This document shows, in pieces, positions 8,147-16,107 of a stretch of DNA of 24,000 bases (within the stretch, counting starts at the first letter, position 1; the number at the start of each line of letters is the position of its first letter). Origin of the DNA: Phycisphaerae bacterium. Its GTDB lineage: Bacteria; Planctomycetota; Phycisphaerae; SM23-33. The notes under the pieces were generated by a model. The model saw nothing but the letters and a program-made list of their open reading frames with translations, did not search any database and had not been told where the DNA came from. The DNA lies in assembly GCA_963664745.2 (NCBI GenBank), contig CAXXMC010000004.1:1816484-1840483 (forward strand), given 5' to 3'. Position numbers and translations under genes: made by a program.

Positions 8147-8309
8147 ATTAGAGCATATCAAACTTGATAGTTCCCTTTTTGCTGGCTTGCTTTGCCCGTG
8201 GCTGCTTCAGAAACATTGCGGAATATCTACAAATATGCCTTACGTTTCTTCCTTGCCACGAACAAACCCGCTACGCAAAAACTGGAACTCTCAACTTTTC
8301 AATGCTCTA
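8147..8309. repeat. 163-bp imperfect-palindromic element, copy B (ftsW-mraY spacer)
   Basis: It has the same orientation and length as 6559-6721, offset by exactly 1588 bp, with 10 substitutions and no indels. It has the same TAGAGCAT..ATGCTCTA termini. Confidence 0.85.
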
Positions 8310-8330
8310 GCGTTCTCTTGCTCTTATCCT

Positions 8331-9479
8331 TTATCGGATTTTTAGTATCCCCAGCGCCAGTACGGCGAAGAGAATTCCCGCTATCCAGAATCTGATAACG
8401 ACTTTTGTGTCCGGTGTGCCGCCGAGGTGGAAGTGATGATGTATCGGTGCGACGCGGAAAATTCGCCTGCCTTCCGTGCGGGGCCTGCCGTTCTGGCCTT
8501 TGGTCATTTTGAATACGCCAACCTGTATTATCACGCTGAGCGTTTCGATTACGAATACTCCGCCGACGACCAGCAGGAGCAGTTCCTGTCTTGTGATGAC
8601 GGCTATGTATCCGATCAGCCCTCCCAACGGCAGCGAGCCGGTATCGCCCATGAACACCGAAGCCGGTGATGCGTTATACCACAAGAAGCCCAGCATGGCT
8701 CCGAGCATGGCTGCGCACAGAACCGTCATTTCCGCGGAATACGGGACGAAAGGCAGCTGAAAAATATCTGCCCATTTCACGACGCCCACGATCCAGGAGA
8801 TCAACAGGAAATAGCCCGTCACAATTATCATGTTTCCCGTAGCCAGGCCGTCCATGCCGTCTGTGAGGTTCACCGCGTTCGACGAGCCGGTCATAACGAG
8901 TACCATGATTATAACGTAAGCTAAAAAGGGCAGATAGATCACCGCGTTCGTCAGCGGGAAAAAGAAACTGTGAGCCGGATTATAAACGCCGCGAGACGCT
9001 TCGACCACATAGCTGCTTCGTCCGAACTTGTAGACATAGACGCTCAGCAGCACAGCCAGGCCTATCTGGAAGAGCAATTTTTCCCAGCTTCTCAAGCCGT
9101 CCCTTCCGCCGTTGCCTTCGCGTGCGTTTTTCAGTTTCAGCCAGTCGTCCAGGCCTCCCAGGCCGCCCAGCCAGAGCACAGCCAGCAAGGCTGAGTTGAT
9201 ATACATGTTATGCAGATTTCCAAACAAGACCAGGCTGACGAAAATTGCAATTACGATCAAAATGCCGCCCATAGTCGGGGTGTCGGACTTGTGGCGGGTG
9301 AGCTTGTTCAGGTCGGCGTGGTCGAACTGGGGATTGTCCCCGATTCGTTTTTTATACAGAAATCGAATCAGCTTAGGCCCGAGCAGCAGCACGAGTATGA
9401 AACTAAGCGCCCCTGCGCCGCCTATTCGGAAGCCCAGGCCTGCCCGGGAAAAATAATCCTGAAAAAGCCAATAGATCAT
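8331..9479 (-). CDS. mraY: Phospho-N-acetylmuramoyl-pentapeptide transferase
   Basis: 382 aa and polytopic, with MraY motifs NLTDGMDGLA, MGDTGSLPLGG and APIHHHF. It starts at ATG, 9 bp after the murF stop. Confidence 0.95.
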   Translation of the reverse strand: MIYWLFQDYFSRAGLGFRIGGAGALSFILVLLLGPKLIRFLYKKRIGDNPQFDHADLNKLTRHKSDTPTMGGILIVIAIFVSLVLFGNLHNMYINSALLAVLWLGGLGGLDDWLKLKNAREGNGGRDGLRSWEKLLFQIGLAVLLSVYVYKFGRSSYVVEASRGVYNPAHSFFFPLTNAVIYLPFLAYVIIMVLVMTGSSNAVNLTDGMDGLATGNMIIVTGYFLLISWIVGVVKWADIFQLPFVPYSAEMTVLCAAMLGAMLGFLWYNASPASVFMGDTGSLPLGGLIGYIAVITRQELLLLVVGGVFVIETLSVIIQVGVFKMTKGQNGRPRTEGRRIFRVAPIHHHFHLGGTPDTKVVIRFWIAGILFAVLALGILKIR

Positions 9480-9488
9480 ATGCGTATT

Positions 9489-10871
9489 CTAGCCTTTAGC
9501 TTTTCGTATTGCATCAAGAAGTATTTCCAGACCCATCGCACGCGAACCCTTCAGAAGCACAACGTCACCGTCTTGTAGCAGGTCGCCGATTTCCCCAGCT
9601 GCGTCGAGAGCATTTTTGAACACAGCGGTTTGCTTGCCCTGGCTGTACCTTTTTGCGTTTTCGGCTATGATCGTTCCGAGAGACCCTATGCCGATAACCA
9701 TATCAATTGGTTTTGACGCGATGTTCCTTCCCAGCTCGGCATGGAAGTCTTCGCTTTTTGGGCCTAGTTCCAGCATATCGCCTCCGACGTAAATTCTGCG
9801 TTTGGCGGTGCAATCCACTAGAACTTCGAGTGCAGCCCGGCAGCTGGACGGGTTTGCATTGTAGGCGTCGTTTATTACCCGCACGCCGCCAACCTCGATC
9901 TGTTCGAGTCTCATTTCCACGCCCGAAAAGTCAGCCAGGGCTGCGATGGCATCTTCCTGGGAAAAGGCGAACCTTGCACTGACAGCTATAGCTGCGAGGG
10001 CATTGATTGCGTTATGCTTGCCAGGCATGGGGAGTGTAGCCCAGTCCCTGTCGTTGATCTGGAATCGTTGAGACCAGCCATCGGACTCATAGCCGGTCAG
10101 TCGTAGCTGAGCGCTGGCAGACTGGCCGAATGTTATTATTCGTCGCGGGTAAGATTTAAGTGCCATGTCCAGTTCCGGGCTGTCAGCCCAGGCAACGGCG
10201 AGGTCTCTTTCGCCAAGCCAGCTCAGCAGGGATGCTTTCTCCGCGGCGATATGCCCGATTGACTTTAGTTTTTCAAGATGGGCTGGGCCTATGTTTGTAA
10301 TTACCGCGATGTTCGGCTTGATGACTCTGGTTAGTTTGTTGATTTCGCCCGGTGCGTTAGTGCCGGCTTCGCAGACGATATAATCATCCCCGGCGCCCGC
10401 TGACAAAAGCGTTAAAGGCACACCGATTTCGTTGTTGAAACTCTTCGGGCTGCACGAACCAATAAATTTTTTACTGAGAATGTGGTCGATCATCCGCTTG
10501 ACGGTTGTCTTGCCGTTGGAACCTGTTACGCCCACAACCGTGGCGGGGATCACAGACCGATAGTAAGCAGCCAGATCCATCAGGGCTTCGCGAGTGTCAT
10601 TGACGCCGATAATGCCGGCACGGAATTTCCTTACCCATTCGGGTGGGAGTTTAAATGACTGGTTCACCACCGCAGCTACGCAGCCTGCCTCGGCAGCTAC
10701 GGGCAAGTAATTGTGGCCATCGAATTTATCGCCCTTTATCGCAATGAAAAGATCATCAGCCTTGGCGGTGCGAGAGTTTATACTCACGCCTCGGACAGGT
10801 ATCGGCTCATCTCTGCTGATCCATCGACCTCGCACAGCCTGGCGGATCTCATTTACCGTCAGCGATCTCAT
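9489..10871 (-). CDS. murF: UDP-N-acetylmuramoyl-tripeptide--D-alanyl-D-alanine ligase
   Basis: 460 aa with the P-loop GVTGSNGKTT and MurF-type N- and C-terminal domains. It has an ATGA start/stop overlap with murE. Confidence 0.93.
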   Translation of the reverse strand: MRSLTVNEIRQAVRGRWISRDEPIPVRGVSINSRTAKADDLFIAIKGDKFDGHNYLPVAAEAGCVAAVVNQSFKLPPEWVRKFRAGIIGVNDTREALMDLAAYYRSVIPATVVGVTGSNGKTTVKRMIDHILSKKFIGSCSPKSFNNEIGVPLTLLSAGAGDDYIVCEAGTNAPGEINKLTRVIKPNIAVITNIGPAHLEKLKSIGHIAAEKASLLSWLGERDLAVAWADSPELDMALKSYPRRIITFGQSASAQLRLTGYESDGWSQRFQINDRDWATLPMPGKHNAINALAAIAVSARFAFSQEDAIAALADFSGVEMRLEQIEVGGVRVINDAYNANPSSCRAALEVLVDCTAKRRIYVGGDMLELGPKSEDFHAELGRNIASKPIDMVIGIGSLGTIIAENAKRYSQGKQTAVFKNALDAAGEIGDLLQDGDVVLLKGSRAMGLEILLDAIRKAKG

Positions 10872-12373
10872 TTACTTCCCTCATCGGTTTTATTCTTAAA
10901 GTCAGTCAACACCATTCTCGCTTCTTCCACATCATCAAAGTGCGTTTTTACACCGTTTATAATCTGATAAGTTTCGTGTCCTTTACCGGCGATGAGTACG
11001 ATATCGCCGGGCTGGGCGAGTTCTATCGCCCGTCTGATGGCCAGCCTGCGGTCGGGCTGAACTTCCGTTCTGGTCAGGCTTTCCTGATCAAACCCAGCCA
11101 GTATGTCGTCAATAATCTGCCCAGGCCTTTCGCTTCTCGGATTGTCCGATGTCACGACAATCAGATCGGCAGAGTCGCCCGCGACCTTTGCCATGCGAGG
11201 TCTTTTCGTCTTGTCGCGGTCTCCGCCGCAGCCGAAGACTACAATCAGCCGACCTTTACAAATCGGCCTGAGCGACCGGGTCACATTGGCCAGGGCATCG
11301 TCGGTATGGGCGTAATCCACGAAAACCTGGAAATTGTCATAGCCCGTCACACGTTGGAGTCTGCCGGGAACTGCATCTATACAGCCCAGCGCTTGGGCGA
11401 TATCACTCAGCGATACGCCCACCGCCAAACACGCCCCAGCTGCCGCCAGACAGTTGAGCGTGTTATGATGACCTATCAATGAAGTTCTTATAATAGCCTT
11501 GCCGGAATTCGTCAGTATTTCAAAAACGGTCCCAGCTGCGTCGGCTGAGACCAGTTTGGCGATTATTTCGTTGCCGCCTGATTCCTGGCCACATCCATAC
11601 CAGCATACATCAGCAGCTGTGCTTGACGCAACCCGCTGGGCGTAGGGATCTTCACGATTTATCACAGCTGTGGCGCCGGCGGATAGACCTGCGAAGAGTT
11701 TGCACTTGGCTGAGAGGTATTCTTCCAGCGTTTTGTGATAGTCCAGGTGGTCGCCGGTGAGATTAGTAAAAACTCCCACTCGGAAATCCAGGCCTGCTGT
11801 GCGTTTCTGATCCAGAGCATGACTGGATGTTTCCATGACCAGATGCGTTATTCCGGCTTCGACCATCTCAGCCATCATCTCCGCGAGATTTTCCGCGGTG
11901 GGCGTGGTCATGGACGCAGCAACGGCCCGCTGGCCGGTCTGATACGATATCGTGCCAAGCATGGCTGTAGGGTGTCCGGCGTGAGTGAGAATTGCGTGGA
12001 CGAGATGCGCAATGGTGCTCTTGCCGTTTGTCCCCGTTATGCCGATGCAGGTCATGGCCCGGCCTGGCCAATGGCGGATAGCCTGAGAGAGTCGTCCCAA
12101 CGCTTCGTGGGAATCGGCGACGACAGCACAGGGGATTCTGCCGAGGGCTTCGGAGGGCAGAAACGAGTCGTCCTCACAAACGATAGCGGATACGCCGGAT
12201 GATATTGCAGCGGGGATAAATTCATGGCCGTTCTGCGAACAGCCTGCCAATGCTACGAAACATGTCCCCTTACCGCACTTTCGACTGTCAGCCCATACCG
12301 AGTCTACCTCAGAATCGCCGCCGGTGAGACGTGCGTCAATTCCCGCTTCAGCCAGGAGTTGGGTAAACTGCAT
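10868..12373 (-). CDS. murE: UDP-N-acetylmuramoyl-L-alanyl-D-glutamate--2,6-diaminopimelate ligase
   Basis: 501 aa with the P-loop GITGTNGKST. The DNPR motif (TSDNPRSE) is characteristic of meso-DAP-adding MurE enzymes. Confidence 0.94.
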   Translation of the reverse strand: MQFTQLLAEAGIDARLTGGDSEVDSVWADSRKCGKGTCFVALAGCSQNGHEFIPAAISSGVSAIVCEDDSFLPSEALGRIPCAVVADSHEALGRLSQAIRHWPGRAMTCIGITGTNGKSTIAHLVHAILTHAGHPTAMLGTISYQTGQRAVAASMTTPTAENLAEMMAEMVEAGITHLVMETSSHALDQKRTAGLDFRVGVFTNLTGDHLDYHKTLEEYLSAKCKLFAGLSAGATAVINREDPYAQRVASSTAADVCWYGCGQESGGNEIIAKLVSADAAGTVFEILTNSGKAIIRTSLIGHHNTLNCLAAAGACLAVGVSLSDIAQALGCIDAVPGRLQRVTGYDNFQVFVDYAHTDDALANVTRSLRPICKGRLIVVFGCGGDRDKTKRPRMAKVAGDSADLIVVTSDNPRSERPGQIIDDILAGFDQESLTRTEVQPDRRLAIRRAIELAQPGDIVLIAGKGHETYQIINGVKTHFDDVEEARMVLTDFKNKTDEGSK

Positions 12374-12406
12374 GGAGTCATCATTTCTCGGTTAAAAAAC
12401 AAATAC

Positions 12407-12549
12407 GGATATCGAAATTTCAACCCTAAACAAATTCAATATGCGAGTTTTTAAATCTCTAAACTTCAAAACACGCATCTTAAAAGTCACGTTTAGTTTT
12501 TCGACATTCGTATTTTCGGGTTTGTTTAGGATTTCGATATTCGAAATTC
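12407..12549. repeat. ~145-bp imperfect palindrome in the ftsI-murE spacer
   Basis: The left arm is 12409-12434 atatcgaaat[ttcaac]cctaaacaaa. The right arm is 12521-12540 tttgtttaggatttcgatat, whose reverse complement is atatcgaaatcctaaacaaa. A nested ctaaac (12469-12474) / gtttag (12491-12496) pair lies inside. It shares the 'ttcgatattcgaa' flavour with the other spacer modules. Confidence 0.65.
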
Positions 12550-12737
12550 AAACTTGCTTCTATAATAATCCGCTATTAGCGGTTTATATTCGTCGCCCGG
12601 GGTCACTATGCACCAAGCAAGATGAGAGCCCGGGCCAACGCTGGGAATCGGCTTGTTCGTATCGTCAAAAGTTTTTTGTTCGCGAAATCTCACCGGCGGG
12701 GCACCCAGCAATTTGCCCCAGGCCAAGATTCGCACTT

Positions 12738-14621
12738 TTAACGGCCGGTCGCCACAGGCCGGGGATATTCATCCACTCGGTCGGGCGTTACGTTTAAATA
12801 TGTAAGAGTCTTTTCCAAGACCCGCTTAACAGCAGGGGCAGCAACCGTGCTCCCGTAATATCCTATATTTCGGTCAGGACAGTAGATTGAGATTAGACAA
12901 ACTACAGCAGGTTTTTCAACAGGGGCTCCGCCGACGAAACTTCCGGTGTATGCGCCGTCTGTATATCCTTTAGGGCCAGGGACTTGTGCGGTTCCGGTTT
13001 TTCCCCAACTTGTCCAATTTTCCAGCTTACAATTTTTTCCTGTACCGTTCTGAACCACATCCTGAAGCACAGCCAGGGACTGATTGGCCACGGAAGGTGA
13101 CAGCACACGGCGAACCGCGCCCGGTTTGGATGACCACACGACATTGCCCTCGGAATCAGTTACGCTTTGGATAAGGCGAGGCTTCATTAGCAGTCCGCCG
13201 TTTGCAATGGCTGAGAATGCCATTGTCAGTTGCAATGCGGAGGTCGATATTTCCTGGCCGAACGGGATACGGCGCAGGCTGTACCCGTCCCATTTTTCGA
13301 GTTTACGGATAATGCCCGCTGTCTCGCCGGGCAGTTCCACGCCTGTCTTCTGGCCGAAGCCCCACTGGTGGGCGATGGTCCAGAGTCTTTGGTTGCCCAT
13401 TTTTTCGCCGAGCTTGGCCATGCCGATGTTGCTGGAATGTACAACGACATCCCACAGGCTCAATGGCCCGTAGCTGTTGCCGTGATCGGAAATCCTGCCG
13501 CCCTTGACGGCATTGTACACGCCTCCCTCGCAATCAATCATGGTCTGGTAGGTGACTGTTCCGTCTTCCACCGCAGCAGCAGCCATGATCGGTTTGAATA
13601 CGCTGCCCGGCTCATACGGACTGCCGATAGCCCGATTGACCATTTCAGAAGGGTGGGTGATGTTGTATTGGTTGGGGTCATATGTAGGGGCTGAGCACAT
13701 CGCCAGAATATCGCCCGTCCAAGGGTTCATCACAACGCCGACTCCCCATTTGGCGTCGAATTCAGCAACGGCAGCGGCGACTTCTTTCTGCAGGGTTTCC
13801 TGAATGTTAACGTCGATGCTGATATAGACATTCCCGCCGTCGGTCGGCGGGACGGTCAATTCCGTATCCGCCCAGATTGCTCTTCGACGAGCATCGGCAT
13901 GGACGACACGTTTGCCGTCATTAGCGGAGATGATCTTCGCAGCTGTCAGTTCCAGACCCCCGCCGGGCTGGCCATCCTTCTGGCGGAAACCTATGATCGT
14001 CCCAGCCAGTTTCTCGTTGGGATACTCACGAATCCACTCGTACTGAATGCCAAGGGCGCGACATTTCAGGTCGCGCACAGCCTGGGCCTGTTCGGGAGAT
14101 ATCTCCCTGGCGACCCAGACAAAACGGTTGCTTCGTTTGCTGTTTAGCCAGCAGAGCAATTCATTTGGATCTAGCTCGAGAATTTTTGAGACTTTTTTGG
14201 TAACGTCCGCCAGCTGGTCGTTATCGAGAAGTTTGGGATCTATGAAACAGCTTGGCACTTGTCTGCTGCCCGCTACCATGACGTGGCTGCGTCTGCTGCG
14301 GGCGTAGATATTGCCAGGCCTCGCCGGGATCGGCAAGGTGATTTTGGCTCCTTGCTTCGCACGCTCCACGTTTTTGACAATATCTGCCTGATCTTTGGAG
14401 ACGGGGTTCTCGTGACGATAGATACTCTGGCCCAGTTCTGCGCCAAGCCAGATCAGACCAGCTGCCAACAGGAAGAATACAATGTCGCTGCGACTGATTG
14501 AAGGTTTCCAATTTCTGGTTTTGCGTGGTTTTATAAGCTCTACTTTATGCGCAGCTGAGGACGCGGGTGATTTATCCGCGGGGGTTTTGTTGGATTTGAA
14601 TGAAAAATTCCAAAAACTCAT
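12738..14621 (-). CDS. ftsI: Class B penicillin-binding protein / peptidoglycan D,D-transpeptidase FtsI
   Basis: 627 aa with an N-terminal TM anchor (IVFFLLAAGLIWLGA), a PBP dimerisation domain and a transpeptidase domain. The transpeptidase motifs are SVFK (SxxK), SSN (SxN) and KTGT (KTG). It sits in the canonical position before murE. Confidence 0.92.
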   Translation of the reverse strand: MSFWNFSFKSNKTPADKSPASSAAHKVELIKPRKTRNWKPSISRSDIVFFLLAAGLIWLGAELGQSIYRHENPVSKDQADIVKNVERAKQGAKITLPIPARPGNIYARSRRSHVMVAGSRQVPSCFIDPKLLDNDQLADVTKKVSKILELDPNELLCWLNSKRSNRFVWVAREISPEQAQAVRDLKCRALGIQYEWIREYPNEKLAGTIIGFRQKDGQPGGGLELTAAKIISANDGKRVVHADARRRAIWADTELTVPPTDGGNVYISIDVNIQETLQKEVAAAVAEFDAKWGVGVVMNPWTGDILAMCSAPTYDPNQYNITHPSEMVNRAIGSPYEPGSVFKPIMAAAAVEDGTVTYQTMIDCEGGVYNAVKGGRISDHGNSYGPLSLWDVVVHSSNIGMAKLGEKMGNQRLWTIAHQWGFGQKTGVELPGETAGIIRKLEKWDGYSLRRIPFGQEISTSALQLTMAFSAIANGGLLMKPRLIQSVTDSEGNVVWSSKPGAVRRVLSPSVANQSLAVLQDVVQNGTGKNCKLENWTSWGKTGTAQVPGPKGYTDGAYTGSFVGGAPVEKPAVVCLISIYCPDRNIGYYGSTVAAPAVKRVLEKTLTYLNVTPDRVDEYPRPVATGR

Positions 14622-14713
14622 GGCCTGTTGTTCCAGACAAAAAATATTGCATGGGAATTTGTATTTACCGGCTCAGTATGGAAGTGGCATCTACAAAATC
14701 CGCGTGCAATACA

Positions 14714-14995
14714 CTAATTAACTCTTCCGAAAGTCCATTCGCGGGATTTCGGCCCGGTCTGAGCGGGTAAATTTGCGGTCAAATCCAAAGCCATCGTTTT
14801 ACTTCGCTGCTGCACCGCCCGCGGAGCCATCAGGTGCCCAATCCGAACCTGGCGATCCCATAACTCACGTCGAAGTGTTGTGTGCTCCGATTGCATTCGC
14901 TGAATCTCGTGTCGCAACACGACCTCCTGACGACGAATATGAACCAGCCCAACGGCAATCGCAGTCAGACCTATGATAATAAAAGCAATACGCAT
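14714..14995 (-). CDS. ftsL: FtsL-like small bitopic division protein
   Basis: 93 aa with an N-terminal TM helix (IAFIIIGLTAIAVGLV) followed by a charged helical segment (RRQEVVLRHEIQRMQSEHTTLRRELWDRQ). It lies immediately upstream of ftsI, as ftsL does in dcw clusters. The call rests on position and architecture only. No clear Shine-Dalgarno is present. Confidence 0.5.
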   Translation of the reverse strand: MRIAFIIIGLTAIAVGLVHIRRQEVVLRHEIQRMQSEHTTLRRELWDRQVRIGHLMAPRAVQQRSKTMALDLTANLPAQTGPKSREWTFGRVN

Positions 14996-15076
14996 TTATT
15001 ATGTTTCGGTTATCCGGGGCGTGAGTCTTTAGACAAGATTTTCCATTGACTCCTGCCTCATCCCTGTTGTCTGCTG

Positions 15077-15108
15077 AAATAAAAAAACCCACGGAAAATT
15101 TCCGTGGG
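15077..15108 (-). terminator. Rho-independent terminator between the LysM gene and ftsL-like gene
   Basis: The minus strand reads CCCACGG-aaatttt-CCGTGGG followed by TTTTTTTATTT. The stem is 15088-15094/15102-15108 and can extend by A-U pairs. The A7 run on the + strand is 15081-15087. It lies 39 nt after the LysM gene stop. The + strand tail (tcttt) is weak, so the element is oriented for minus-strand transcription. Confidence 0.8.
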
Positions 15109-15146
15109 TCTTTAAGGAGAGAAAAATGAAGTTTATTAAAAATCGA

Positions 15147-16091
15147 TCAGCTTGGAATTCGTAATTTCATGCCGACGACAATGGTGTCACGATCTGGCAG
15201 TTTGTCCCGGTTGGCTTCATACAATCTTTTGATTGCTTCCTCTGAGGTATCTTTCATGGTTTTTGCGGCGATACGGGTCAGATTGTCGCCTTGCCGAACT
15301 ATGTACATGGTCCGTTTTGCATCGCCGGTTCTCTCCGAAGCCAGGCTGCGTACGTGAAGTTCATTCCGCAGATCATCCAATGCCCGCTGATCCCGGAGTG
15401 AGATTCGCGTCTCCCCGCCGGCAGCGGCAGGGCGGTTACTCTCAGCAAGCGGGGGGATAACCAGCCTTTGGCCTACGACAACCATGGAGGGATCACTCAT
15501 TTTGTCGCGATTGGCTTCGAAAATTTTCGTATAGAATCGACCTTTGCCTGGGCCATAGACTTTTTCGGCAATTCTGTATAGCGAATCTTCAGGTTGTACC
15601 GTGTAAGGCCCTGGTTGGGGTGCACGTGCTGCGATTGCGGGCGGCGCGGCCTGTTCGTATTCGGGATATTGCTCCCGGGCTGTAAACCGCTGAGGTGCCT
15701 CTAAGATAATCCCATCCTGGGGTTGTTCCAATTGAGGCTGGCTCAACTCTTCCTCGGTCTGGCGGAGGATTCTGCCCGAAGCCAATGGCCTGTCCCGAAA
15801 ACTTTCCAATGGAGTAACCCTGCGCATCTCGACACGGGCTGGGGCCGACTCTTGGGAATCGTCGTCGTCATAATCTCTGGCGACGAGAACAGTGCGCTCG
15901 TTTCCATTAACGGCCGGCCTGAATGTAACGTCCTCAAGCGGGACATCCTTCTGCTTATAGAAGCCCGAATCAAAGGCCGTAGGTTGCGACTGATCGTTAA
16001 CCTTTGGTTCGGTAACTTCACTGAGAATCATCCCGATTGCGATGATGATTGCCAGTCCCAACAATAAGCCTACTCGCGTCTCCCGCGTCAT
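15147..16091 (-). CDS. Membrane-anchored protein with two C-terminal LysM peptidoglycan-binding domains
   Basis: 314 aa with an N-terminal TM (VGLLLGLAIIIAIGMIL) and an acidic, Q/P-rich linker. It has two LysM repeats: YTVQPEDSLYRIAEKVYG..IFEANRDKMSDPSMVVVGQRLVIP and YIVRQGDNLTRIAAKTM..LYEANRDKLPDRDTIVVGMKLRIP. GGAGG lies 5-6 nt before the ATG, which is 16 bp after the rsmH stop. Confidence 0.85.
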   Translation of the reverse strand: MTRETRVGLLLGLAIIIAIGMILSEVTEPKVNDQSQPTAFDSGFYKQKDVPLEDVTFRPAVNGNERTVLVARDYDDDDSQESAPARVEMRRVTPLESFRDRPLASGRILRQTEEELSQPQLEQPQDGIILEAPQRFTAREQYPEYEQAAPPAIAARAPQPGPYTVQPEDSLYRIAEKVYGPGKGRFYTKIFEANRDKMSDPSMVVVGQRLVIPPLAESNRPAAAGGETRISLRDQRALDDLRNELHVRSLASERTGDAKRTMYIVRQGDNLTRIAAKTMKDTSEEAIKRLYEANRDKLPDRDTIVVGMKLRIPS

Positions 16092-16107
16092 GTCGGCCTC
16101 CTGCCTG

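Noticed and set aside
2649-8309. Possible CRISPR array, given the many short repeats.
   Set aside because: There is no regular repeat-spacer periodicity in the 28-37 bp plus unique-spacer pattern. The repeats are 7-9 bp tandem units or single dispersed modules between housekeeping genes. No cas genes are present.
6559-8309. The 163-bp elements together with ftsW could form a composite transposon or an autonomous IS.
   Set aside because: No transposase or other mobility gene lies between or near the copies. The intervening DNA is just ftsW in its normal dcw position. At most these are non-autonomous (MITE-like) elements.
5232-8395. ORFs 5232..5570, 6473..6784 and 8192..8395 run through the intergenic repeats, with translations such as HELHGL, SQESGV and PQITQISQI.
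   Set aside because: Their sequences are direct read-outs of the short tandem and dispersed repeats. The two 163-bp copies are open in different frames. Some of these ORFs overlap murG or mraY out of frame.
12526-12735. A 69-aa minus-strand ORF lies directly after ftsI.
   Set aside because: It has a GTG start 2 nt after the ftsI stop and no ribosome-binding site. Its C-terminus is read from the palindromic repeat. The region is reported as a non-coding curiosity instead, and protein conservation would reverse this call.
15126-15164. A plus-strand micro-ORF (MKFIKNRSAWNS) has a textbook AAGGAG-n6-ATG.
   Set aside because: It is 12 codons long, antisense to the LysM gene 3' end and adjacent to the terminator. 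The Shine-Dalgarno-like sequence is probably coincidental, and there is no supporting evidence.
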